Below, piece by piece: positions 12,309 to 23,114 of a stretch of DNA of 35,215 nt. Position 1 is the stretch's first letter; the number at the start of each line of letters is the position of its first letter. The notes under the pieces are model-generated. The model did no database searches and was not told the DNA's origin. It saw nothing but the letters and a program-made list of their open reading frames with translations. Source of the stretch: Octopus bimaculoides. Lineage: Eukaryota. The DNA is taken from the NCBI RefSeq assembly GCF_001194135.2, contig NC_068988.1, positions 61,288,124 through 61,323,338 of the forward strand, in the 5' to 3' direction. The translations under genes were made by a program, and so were the position numbers.

Positions 12309-12721
12309 CACGAGGGTGTATCAAAAAGTCCCCGGACTAGTTATGTTTAATAAAATATGACTTATATGCCTGAGTTTTAACTTTATCTTCGAAATAGTCA
12401 TTTTACGCAGCAATACACCGATTCCAGCGTTCCTAGCACTTTTGGAATCCTGTTCGGAAGTTGTTTCTGAGGGCGCGTCGAGGACCGTATTGCCCTTCCC
12501 TCTGGATTTCAATAAAGGTGTTAAAACGGGGAAGAGATAAATGTGGAGAATGGTGGGGGCGGAAGCGATACCATGTTGTTTAGGACGTGAATCACAGGAG
12601 TGGGGGGGGGGATTCGGTGACAAGATGCATTGTCATTGTGAAAAGTCCAATTCTTCGCGTTCAACAGATCTGGTCACTTTTGCCGACTGTCCTCCCTCAA
12701 ACGCTTCAAAATGTCCCAATA
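12309..12721 (-). mobile_element. Decayed mariner (DD34D) transposon 3' half with terminal inverted repeat
   Basis: Minus strand from 12721 reads YWDILKRLREDSRQK*PDLLNAKNWTFHNDNASCHR (HxDNA catalytic motif), then NNMVSLPPPPFS (decayed HPPYSPDL), then FNTFIEIQREGQ/TVLDAPSE/NFRTGFQKC*ERWNRCIAA*NDYFEDK. It carries stops and frameshifts. TIR CGAGGGTGTATCAAAAAGTCCCCGGACT at 12311-12338, preceded by CA (probably a mutated TA). Confidence 0.9.
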
Positions 12722-13046
12722 AGATTCGCAACTTGGGCCTCTCCAAAGCTAATTTTGTTTCTGATGCTCATTTTTACCTGAGTATGAGATGATGAATATG
12801 GGGTGCGCTTAACAACCTCGGGCGACTTTAAAATAACCAAGTACGTTTGAATATATGTACACACACAAAATATATACACATACACACTCATATATATGTG
12901 TGTGTGCGTGCAATGTATTCATGTATATGTTTATACATGTGGAAGAATGTGTGTTTTATATATTGGAAATTGGTCAGTATTCAAGATATAACATATATAT
13001 CATGATCTACTATGTCTCAACTATCTCCTCTCCTCTTCAATTTTCC

Positions 13047-13047
<1 letters not shown>

Positions 13048-13125
<78 letters not shown>

Positions 13126-13142
13126 CTCTCTCTCTCTCTCTC
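13048..13142. repeat. (CTTT)n(CT)n microsatellite
   Basis: Read directly from the sequence. Confidence 0.95.
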
Positions 13143-13939
13143 ACTCGCTCCGTCTCTCTGCTTCTCTTTCTCCCTATCTGTGTATGTATTTATGAGTGTT
13201 TACATATATGTCTATGTATAAATTTCCATTTTACTGTTTGATTTTCGGGGGAAAAATAACAGAAACAACATATAATTTTTATAGGAATTCAATAATGATT
13301 CTTATCTTTGGACATGAAGTTTCATTATAGCCAGGAAATACTTTACATAACATAATTAGAATTGAGATATCTGAAATAATTTTGCATAAATTTCCGTTAT
13401 GACAACTTGCTAAGAATTGATATAATTTCTTCGTTTTATTGTTATATATTTTTTTAACAAAAACTACTTTTAAATGTGTTGGAAACATTTCGTTTCGGTC
13501 TCGTAATAACCTGGTCTTCATTCTGTTAGTCTACTGCCTCTGCATTCTACGAAGTACTCAAGGGGGAAAATGGAACGTCCGTAGTTTTTTCACAAAATAA
13601 GACTTGAAGTCTTGGGAACGAAGGAACGATTGCGAGATGGACAATTTTTGAAAAGTATGTATTTGTATAGAGAATCATAGACGTATGTATAAATATTTAC
13701 ACACATACACGGACGTCTGCAAATACATAGATTCGCTTGGATTCAAACCCATCTTTTGCTTTATGTATAAAAAAGCCAAATCTGTCAAACATTAATTATA
13801 GGATCACATTTAAGTAGGGCGCCACTTTTATTTTATAAACAGAATTGTTGAGAATGTCATCGAAGATTTCAATTAGTGCTCGATCACCACAGACATTGAG
13901 GATATTGTCAGAGTTTTCCACACACTAACGCACACACAA

Positions 13940-13988
<49 letters not shown>

Positions 13989-15016
13989 NNNNNNNNNNNN
14001 NNNNNNNNNNNNNNNNNNNNNNNNNNNNNNNNNNNNNNNNNNNNNNNNNNNNNNNNNNNNNNNNNNNNNNNNNNNNNNNNNNNNNNNNNNNNNNNNNNNN
14101 NNNNNNNNNNNNNNNNNNNNNNNNNNNNNNNNNNNNNNNNNNNNNNNNNNNNNNNNNNNNNNNNNNNNNNNNNNNNNNNNNNNNNNNNNNNNNNNNNNNN
14201 NNNNNNNNNNNNNNNNNNNNNNNNNNNNNNNNNNNNNNNNNNNNNNNNNNNNNNNNNNNNNNNNNNNNNNNNNNNNNNNNNNNNNNNNNNNNNNNNNNNN
14301 NNNNNNNNNNNNNNNNNNNNNNNNNNNNNNNNNNNNNNNNNNNNNNNNNNNNNNNNNNNNNNNNNNNNNNNNNNNNNNNNNNNNNNNNNNNNNNNNNNNN
14401 NNNNNNNNNNNNNNNNNNNNNNNNNNNNNNNNNNNNNNNNNNNNNNNNNNNNNNNNNNNNNNNNNNNNNNNNNNNNNNNNNNNNNNNNNNNNNNNNNNNN
14501 NNNNNNNNNNNNNNNNNNNNNNNNNNNNATATATATATATATATATATATATTTGTATGAGCTCCTTGCAAATAAATTGCATCACAGTTTATGGGTAAAA
14601 ATGCGTCTGATACCAGAAAATTCTTTATCGCTGACAAGGACGCGATGACAGTCGTTTGTGTTACTGGTATCATAAAGCGGGTGCAAGAAACGCTAACAGA
14701 TCTCAGCCTGTAGATCGGACTTGAACAACAGGGATTTTCAGTGATAAACCTATGCATTGGAGATGTAAAGAAAATGCGAGTAACTCGTGTGAAAATATAA
14801 AAGATAATTTAATAAACATTCATTTATGCAATACTACGCACACGTATTAGAGAAATACACATTCGAACTTACGTTCATAAACACCACTCTTGCACTTGCA
14901 CAAACACATACACATACACACTCAAATACGCAATAGTACATGCACTCATATCTACACACAGTTATTCATATATACAGACACATACACACACTCACCCACT
15001 CACGTAGAGATATTTG

Positions 15017-15017
<1 letters not shown>

Positions 15018-15069
<52 letters not shown>

Positions 15070-15090
15070 GGATGGATGGATGGATAGATA
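15018..15090. repeat. (AGAT)n(GGAT)n microsatellite
   Basis: Read directly from the sequence. Confidence 0.95.
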
Positions 15091-17147
15091 GAGAGAAAGG
15101 GAGAGAGAGAAAGAAGGGAGGTGAGAAGAAGCGATAAAGAAAGGTAGAATGGAAGAAAGTTTTGTATATTGATCTGCAATATGAATGGAAACGCGAGACA
15201 AGTTTTGCGTGTTCATACAGTTCCATACAAAATCAAATATATGTAGTTTTCTTAAACACGTGAATGAAAGATCAGATCCCCCCACTCNNNNNNNNNNNNN
15301 NNNNNNNNNNNNNNNNNNNNNNNNNNNNNNNNNNNNNNNNNNNNNNNNNNNNNNNNNNNNNNNNNNNNNNNNNNNNNNNNNNNNNNNNNNNNNNNNNNNN
15401 NNNNNNNNNNNNNNNNNNNNNNNNNNNNNNNNNNNNNNNNNNNNNNNNNNNNNNNNNNNNNNNNNNNNNNNNNNNNNNNNNNNNNNNNNNNNNNNNNNNN
15501 NNNNNNNNNNNNNNNNNNNNNNNNNNNNNNNNNNNNNNNNNNNNNNNNNNNNNNNNNNNNNNNNNNNNNNNNNNNNNNNNNNNNNNNNNNNNNNNNNNNN
15601 NNNNNNNNNNNNNNNNNNNNNNNNNNNNNNNNNNNNNNNNNNNNNNNNNNNNNNNNNNNNNNNNNNNNNNNNNNNNNNNNNNNNNNNNNNNNNNNNNNNN
15701 NNNNNNNNNNNNNNNNNNNNNNNNNNNNNNNNNNNNNNNNNNNNNNNNNNNNNNNNNNNNNNNNNNNNNNNNNNNNNNNNNNNNNNNNNNNNNNNNNNNN
15801 NNNNNNNNNNNNNNNNNNNNNNNNNNNNNNNNNNNNNNNNNNNNNNNNNNNNNNNNNNNNNNNNNNNNNNNNNNNNNNNNNNNNNNNNNNNNNNNNNNNN
15901 NNNNNNNNNNNNNNNNNNNNNNNNNNNNNNNNNNNNNNNNNNNNNNNNNNNNNNNNNNNNNNNNNNNNNNNNNNNNNNNNNNNNNNNNNNNNNNNNNNNN
16001 NNNNNNNNNNNNNNNNNNNNNNNNNNNNNNNNNNNNNNNNNNNNNNNNNNNNNNNNNNNNNNNNNNNNNNNNNNNNNNNNNNNNNNNNNNNNNNNNNNNN
16101 NTATATATATATATATATATGTATATATGTAGGTATTTATATGTAAATATATACATATAGATGCATATATATTCATATATGCAGATTCATGCATACATAT
16201 TACACTCAAATACTACACACACCCGGCACACACATATGTGGACATATATATATACACTATATATTTGTGTACTTGTGTATGTGTGTATGTGTATGCATGT
16301 ATGTATATACATATATATGTATATATAAATATGTGTGTGTGTGTATATATATAGCTGTGTGTCTACGTATATATCTCTGTGTGCGTGAGAATGCGCATTC
16401 ATGTATGTATTAGTGTATTAAGGTATTAGTATATTTCTACATGTTGTTATGATAATTGAAATTTCATTAAAATCAAAATATCGATGTTAAAAAACAATAT
16501 TGAATGCCTACTTTCAAATCTCTATTCTCTATCTTTATTGAATTATCGGAAACTGTCCACGTCTTCAGCTGGGTGTATAGAGTTATGTTGCAGTTAAAGT
16601 AACCATAATTTCCATTTATCATATTCTAAGACACACATATACTCTCTTTCTTCTCTGACGCACACATACAGGTACATACATGATGATAGAGAGAGAAAGA
16701 GACGAGAAACGGAAAAGTGTGAGAGAGGCTAAGGCGCTAAGGGACAGATAGCGAGAGAGATACTGGTCCACATGTATTTTACTGTTTCAATTTTTCTATG
16801 ACTATATGCATTCGTGTGTCTATGTATATAATTAGATATATAGAAAGAATATATACAGGTGTATGCAATACATATGTATGTCTATTTACGCATAAAACTT
16901 TGGATTTTCTTTATTAATAATGAATGTTCTGGAACGAAGCAAAATATTTTTGAAGGACTCACCATTTTATTAAATACATATACGTATACATACATCCACA
17001 TACACACATGCATATGTATATACATATACATATGTATACATGTGTATTTGTGTGTGTGTCTGATTCCCTTCTAAAACGGTGTTTATATCCTAAAACATCA
17101 GGCGATAGATAATCAAACTGCAGATTTAATATATATATATCTATCTA

Positions 17148-17188
<41 letters not shown>

Positions 17189-17550
17189 NNNNNNNNNNNN
17201 NNNNNNNNNNNNNNNNNNNNNNNNNNNNNNNNNNNNNNNNNNNNNNNNNNNNNNNNNNNNNNNNNNNNNNNNNNNNNNNNNNNNNNNNNNNNNNNNNNNN
17301 NNNNNNNNNNNNNNNNNNNNNNNNNNNNNNNNNNNNNNNNNNNNNNNNNNNNNNNNNNNNNNNNNNNNNNNNNNNNNNNNNNNNNNNNNNNNNNNNNNNN
17401 NNNNNNNNNNNNNNNNNNNNNNNNNNNNNNNNNNNNNNNNNNNNNNNNNNNNNNNNNNNNNNNNNNNNNNNNNNNNNNNNNNNNNNNNNNNNNNNNNNNN
17501 NNNNNNNNNNNNNNNNNNNTATATATATATATATATATATCAAACCCTGA

Positions 17551-17890
17551 GAACGAGGGTTCTACTTGATCCCATGAACGGAAATTAACGTGAAATTAAC
17601 GTAAAATTAACGTGCAAGTGGCTGAGTACTCCACAGACACATGCACCCTTAACGTAGTTCTGGAGGAGATTCAGCGAGAAACAGAGTGTAACAAGGCTGA
17701 CCCTTTGAAATACAGGTACAACAAAAACAGGAAGAATGAGTGAGAGAAAGTTGTCCTTGAAGAGTGAATGCAGGCTTCGTCACCACCCTTTGGTAGAACC
17801 TCGTAGAGCTTTAGGTGTTTTTGCTCAATAAACACTCACAACGCCATGTCTGGGAATCGAAACTGCAGTCCTACAACCGCAAGTCCGCTA
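17551..17890 (-). mobile_element. SINE family B copy, head truncated at a (TA)n run
   Basis: Collinear with the full-length copy at 32749-33128. Carries a GAAATTAACGT x3 expansion at 17581-17613. Confidence 0.9.
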
Positions 17891-18038
17891 TATATATATA
17901 CATGCAATTAGATAGATAAATAGTTAGATATTTCAATATTAAACCAGCAAACTTAGACAGAATACAAAGATACGGAAAATTAAAGGGGAGAAATTATGAT
18001 ATTGTATTGTATGGTGTTACAAGTCCCACATTTCATTT

Positions 18039-18039
<1 letters not shown>

Positions 18040-18069
<30 letters not shown>

Positions 18070-18090
18070 CTCTATCTATCTATTTGTATA

Positions 18091-18129
<39 letters not shown>

Positions 18130-18132
18130 CTA

Positions 18133-18175
<43 letters not shown>
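18040..18175. repeat. Compound (CTAT)n(CTGT)n(CT)n microsatellite
   Basis: Read directly from the sequence. Confidence 0.9.
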
Positions 18176-18177
<2 letters not shown>

Positions 18178-18583
18178 GCACACACACACACATACACATA
18201 CGTATAAATTGTTGATAAAGGAAACAGAAGATGGGCTTAACGTCGAACAAGCACTGCAGATTTGCTGACGTAGCTCCAGTGAATATTATACAGTTACAGA
18301 ATATTATACCGTTACAGGTAGTCCAAATCGTCTATGTGCTTTAATCGACAAATATCTACAGTCCTAATTGTTACATATGTATATACATAAAAGGTAAATG
18401 ATTCTCTTTAGTAAATAATTGATCCATCTTGTCTGGTATTTCACGTTTGGGACCAGACCGGTGATATTAAATAAAGTTTTAACACAGTAAGCAAATGAGT
18501 AGCTCCAGTTCCATGTAACGACTTTATTTGTTTAATACATAAACAGATTGTTTGAATGTTTCCCTGGTCTTGGTTGAATTGAA

Positions 18584-18636
18584 GCAGACACCTCTGATGA
18601 GGATCCTATATAGTTTGAAAATCGATTAACGCTGCT
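18584..18636 (+). ncRNA. Hammerhead-ribozyme-like motif (HH-2): canonical core, weak stems
   Basis: CTGATGA (18594-18600), putative stem II region GGATCCTATATAGTTT, GAAA (18617-20), perfect palindrome AATCGATT (18620-27), then A as H17. Interrupted stem I: CCT/ACG (one mismatch) and GCAG/CTGC. Confidence 0.45.
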
Positions 18637-18713
18637 CATCATGTTTGCAATCTACGAAGCAACAGCTAATTTTGCCCCGTTCATATATTTACTACATGGT
18701 TTATATAGGATAT

Positions 18714-18990
18714 GAGTGGTTAAATACAGACACGTGTATCCGTAACGTAGTTATCGGGGAGATTCAGCGTGAATGTGACAAGGCCGGCCTTTTGAAATAC
18801 AGATGCAACAGAAACAGGAAGAAAGAGTGAGAGAAAGTTGGGGTGAAAGAGTACAGCAGGGTTCGTCACCACCCATTGCCGGAGCCTCATGGTGTTTTGG
18901 GTGTTTTCGCTCAATAAACTCTCACAACACCCGGGCTGGAATTCGAAACCACGAGTCCTCTGCTCTAACCACTGGGAAATTGCCCCTCCA
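18714..18990 (-). mobile_element. SINE family B copy, tail truncated
   Basis: Collinear with 32749-33128 from ACAGACACGTG to the tRNA-like head (CTAACCACTGGG...CCTCC), with a small deletion in the head. Confidence 0.9.
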
Positions 18991-19121
18991 ATATAAATAG
19001 TATATGAACGTCATATACAAATAATATACAGCTAGTTAAATATTATATATAATGCTACCTTACTATGTAATGATAATAATTTGAATAACACAGAGCGATA
19101 TCTTAAACACTATTCGTTAAC

Positions 19122-19318
19122 TTGTTGCAGTCATTTGATTATGGCCATTGCGGGGCACAGCCTAGTCGGGCTTTAGACGAACAAATCGATCCCAGTCCTT
19201 ATTCTTTAAAGCCTGGTACTTATTCTATCGGCTTCTTTTACCGAACCGCTCAGTTATCTGGAGATAACATAACATCGGTTGTGAAGTGGTGGTGGGGTAA
19301 AACACAGACACAAAGACA
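19122..19318 (-). mobile_element. Repeat family D: SINE-related element without a tRNA head, starting at a (TG)n microsatellite
   Basis: The reverse complement contains CGATAGAATAAGTACCAG...GACTGGGATCGAT, matching the family A core. Further copies at 8231-8365 and 32215-32253. Confidence 0.65.
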
Positions 19319-19415
19319 TATATACACACACAAGCACACATACAGACACACACACACACGCACGCACACACATGCACACACACACACGCACACACTCACA
19401 CACACAAACCCACAT

Positions 19416-19447
<32 letters not shown>

Positions 19448-19469
19448 GTCTGTTAAAATCTGTCATACC

Positions 19470-19509
19470 GGCCATGACGAAGGGAAATAGCCCTGAAACT
19501 CGAGCCGCC
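19470..19509 (+). ncRNA. Degenerate hammerhead-ribozyme-like motif (HH-3)
   Basis: GGC-C(A)TGACGA-AGGG-aaatag-CCCT-GAAA-CTCGAG-CC-GCC. It has a 3-bp stem I, 4-bp stem II and palindromic CTCGAG, but an inserted A in the core and C instead of U16.1. Confidence 0.45.
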
Positions 19510-19805
19510 TTTATATATTTATATTTATATATTTGATCCTTTATATTGAACACTCAATATTTCATCTACATTCAATACTTTATTTCATGGTGCCATCCAT
19601 TTTTATTTTATTTTATTTTATATTATATATTGTATATTATATTATATATTGTATATTCCATATTCTATACCCCACATTGGTTCTGCAGGAATATAAATAA
19701 AACATAAAAAACAGACAGTGTTGGAACTCTTTTAAACAAAATAATATATTCCTCTATACACAATCATACAAAAAAACCACCTTTTTTGTATTTATTTTTG
19801 GTCGC

Positions 19806-19857
<52 letters not shown>

Positions 19858-19868
19858 GTATATATGCG

Positions 19869-19963
19869 ACAGGATTCTTTCTGTTTCCGTCTATTAAATC
19901 ACTCACTGGGACTGAACCAGAATGCATCTGGCTCGTAAGCAAGCTTCTTACCACCCAGTCACT
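19869..19963 (-). mobile_element. SINE family C copy with internal deletion
   Basis: Reverse complement has A-box-like TGACTGGGTGG and B-box-like GGTTCAGTCC. The head joins directly to the tail at 19906/19907, lacking the GACACTTG.CCAAGG core present in the other copies. Confidence 0.7.
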
Positions 19964-20691
19964 ATTTATTTCGAAACAGTTACATAATATATATGATAAT
20001 AATTTGAGGTTTGTTAAATGCTATGTATTATAATTCTAAGTGACCATTTAAATATTTGTACTGAGACCATTTAAGCAGTAAGTGCAAGGTTTGTAATTTA
20101 GTGGAATATATTACCTCACTGGAATATACTGCCATAGTGAAAGATTCGTATTTGACGAGAATAATATACATCTTCGAATGCTGGATAACAAATTAACCTG
20201 AAAAATAATGGATAATTTCGAGGAAAATGAAATGTTCGAAGTAAGGGGAACTTCATGATACCCCTGAGAATTACAGCGTTGTCTGTTTGATTTTGATGTG
20301 TAATTGGAAGTGATTTCATATCACAAAATGACATCGCTTGACATCGTTCTCGTCACAAATTTCGAAGACTTGATTGAAATCAGTCTGAGAATTTTAAGCT
20401 ATGTCAAGAATAGAGATCCCATGTGGTGGCTAGAGCAGCTGGAAATGTAACCAAATCTCTCATAAACCACACAGTACCGCCATATGGAAGAGAAAGGTTT
20501 CTTTTGATCATATAGAATAATGGTTAGGAAGCCATGACGCAAATGCCATCAATCGTATGTTTGCCTGAGAAGGAATAACCTCTCGTGGAGTAATAATGAA
20601 TTTTACATTCATGCTAATAAATATAATTTTGTGGGATTGATTACACCTCCCTCGAAATCAGAATGACATAACGGTTGATAAAGTAAGTATA

Positions 20692-20906
20692 TCCTTTCTA
20701 ATAAAGGCACGAGGCCTGAAATTTTGGGGGAGGGGGCAAGTCGATTGGGTCGACGACAGTACGCAACTGGTACTAAATTTATCGACCCCAAAAGGAGGAA
20801 AACCAAAGGCGACCTCGGCGGAATTTGAACTCAGAACGTAGCGGCAGACGAAATACCGCTAAGCATTTCGCCCGGCGTGCTATCGATTCTGCCAGCTCGC
20901 CATCTT
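20692..20906 (-). mobile_element. Well-preserved SINE family A copy, type I tail
   Basis: Reverse complement GGCGAGCTGGCAGAATCGATAGCACGCCGGGCGAAATGCTTAGCGG...CTGAGTTCAAATTCCGCCGAGGTCG...AAATTTCAGGCCTCGTGCCTTTATTAGAAAGG. CpGs are largely retained. Confidence 0.92.
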
Positions 20907-21038
20907 TATGCGGTAAGTATGACATCGGAAACATAAAATGCCTAAACTGTTATATGATGCACGAAGGTGAAACATTATAAATGTTATTGTCACAGATCCA
21001 ATCCGAGAAATCTGTGTAGTTTTATATATATATATATA

Positions 21039-21360
21039 TACTGGTACTCCGTCGGTTACGAGGGCGAGGGTTGCATTTGATCCAGTCAACAGAATAGCCT
21101 GCTCGCGAAATTAACGTGCAAGTGGCTGAGTATTCCACTCACACGAGTACCATAAAGTAGTTCTCGGAGAGATTCGGCATGACAGAGAATGTGACTAGCG
21201 TGGGTCTTTGAGATAAAGGTACGACACTTTTTACCGGCTGAGTACACCGAAGCAACGTGAATTAAAGCATTTTACTCAAGAATAGAACGCGTTGACGGGC
21301 GTCGAACCCAAGGACTTACGATCGGGAGCAGAATACCCTAACCAACAACTCACATGCTAT
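21039..21360 (-). mobile_element. tRNA-headed SINE sharing the family B 3' tail but with a different head and core (family B')
   Basis: 21039-21225 aligns with the family B tail (CTCCGTCG.TTACGA...GAAATTAACGTGCAAGTGG). From about 21225 to 21360 it is unrelated to B and has its own B-box-like GGGTTCGACGCC on the minus strand. Confidence 0.75.
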
Positions 21361-22151
21361 CACTGTATTATATATAGGTGAAGCAGAATCTCTTATAGAT
21401 TCAGTTTTATAAATGTATTTTTATGTCAAACTTCCTATATTTCGTATATACAGGATATTCGATGTGCCAGGAACAGAAATTGGTGAAATTTTCAGAAAAA
21501 AATATTTTTGTAAGCATTTAAAACAACAACAACAACAACAAAAACAACAACACACTCTTGTTTTACTTTTGTACATTTTCAGAAATATATTGCAATATTT
21601 TTAAATGTTGTCTGCTGATATTCGGCAACATATCACCATACACATATGTTTGTGAGATAAGATTATGTTTGTTTTCAAATACGAATTTTCTTCGATCATA
21701 GCTAACGAAAATAGAACTGTAAGTATAATTTTCTTTTGCGAAAATTTGATCAGATACAAAAAAGAAAATGACAATATGAACAAAAATAGATTCTTTTCTT
21801 CTTCTTATAGAACTGTTCATTAATCAAACAACTCGTGACAATGTCTTTCGGAATTTTTAATGTAGGGCTAAACGTTTTAATGTTTCTTCACGGCCCTTTA
21901 CACAAGGATAATGTGTTATAGTCTAATTATAGTAGACCGACCAAGTGAGAAGTGAAGTTGTGGATGGCTTACTCGACATCTCTGTTTCAATACACTTATG
22001 GAGGAAAATAATGGTATTTTGAAGTCTGTCGTTTGTTTATATTATTATCGATCTAGAACATTGTTGAACCTATTTCCTCCGCCAATGTTTTCTGTCTTTG
22101 AAACACTTGCATATTATGTATATTATGTATATGTGTATGTGTGTATGATGC

Positions 22152-22195
<44 letters not shown>

Positions 22196-22567
22196 ATATA
22201 ATGAACACGAGATGGAGAAATCTTGATCAACACATTTACTAACATCGTTTGAATATGTCTTAATACAAAGCGGCACTGGGTGACATTGGTAACAGAAACG
22301 GCTGTAAGCAATAAGTTCAAGTTTGTATTAAAATAATATTTACACGACGGTAGTCCATTTGTTTGTTGATCAAAAGCTTTCTCCATTTTTTGCTCATTTT
22401 AAGTTTCATTCCTGATAAACTCAAGATTATTCCGTTATTACCTATATCCTATGTGCATAATATGCTTGCATATCCATGTCCAGGGTTAACATAGGTAATT
22501 TACACGGGTAGTAATAACGGATATTCCTATTTCTTATACGGTAACTCCAACCGATAACTCTACTAAC

Positions 22568-23114
22568 CACAGAAAGAATTTGCAACAAGTATGGACTTGA
22601 CAGATCAAAAAAGTGGTGCGAACATAAACCTGAAGGCATCATTGAAAATGATAATGCAAAGATCCTATGGGATTTTATGACTCAATGCGACCATGAGATA
22701 GAGAATAGGAAGCCAGACATAGTCTTAATTGAGAAAGGAAGCAAATGATGCTGCATCTTATATATAGCAGGCCCAGCTAACAAAAAGGTATTTGATAAGG
22801 AAGAAAGAAAAGTCGATATATATAACAGGTCAGCATAAGAGCTTAAGCAGTTGTGGTCACTGAGAAAGGTGCTAGTAGTACCAATAATTGTTGGAGCCCC
22901 AAGAAAAAGTCTTAAGAAGTACATGGAACAGATAGGGGCTGCAATAAGGGTACAGCACATGCAGAAAATAGCACTGCTTGGAACCACTCGAATACTCCGG
23001 ATGGTGCTCAAAAACAGAAAAAAACTTGTTACGTTAGTTCATTGGTAGTGAACAGCTAGCACCATAGTACATCTCCAGCGTTAGAGGCTGTGCACAAACC
23101 CTAAATAATAATAA
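22568..23114 (+). mobile_element. 5'-truncated R4/Dong-clade non-LTR retrotransposon (restriction-like endonuclease domain, 3' UTR, TAA tail); pseudogenised
   Basis: One frame from 22578 reads ICNKYGLDRSKKWCEHKPEGIIENDNAKILWDFMTQCDHEIENRKPDIVLIEKGSK*CCILYIAGP...KEERKVDIY...VLVVPIIVGA...MQKIALLGTTRILRMVL. It shows the RKPD, VPIxxG and QKxxLLGTxRILR RLE motifs, stops at 22746 and 22836, and ends in TAAATAATAATAA. Confidence 0.9.

Noticed and set aside
9205-17543. Long ORFs of 120-400 aa in the track
   Set aside because: They are open only because they cross N gaps and dinucleotide repeats.
20680-20925. GTAAGTAT on both sides of the minus-strand SINE A as a TSD
   Set aside because: The right-hand copy is offset from the element end and only 8 bp match.
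20974-20995. 22-nt near-match (ATTATA-AATGTTATTGTCACAG) to the cox1 NUMT
   Set aside because: Too short and AT-rich, and the flanks do not extend the match. It cannot be told from chance without the true mitochondrial sequence.
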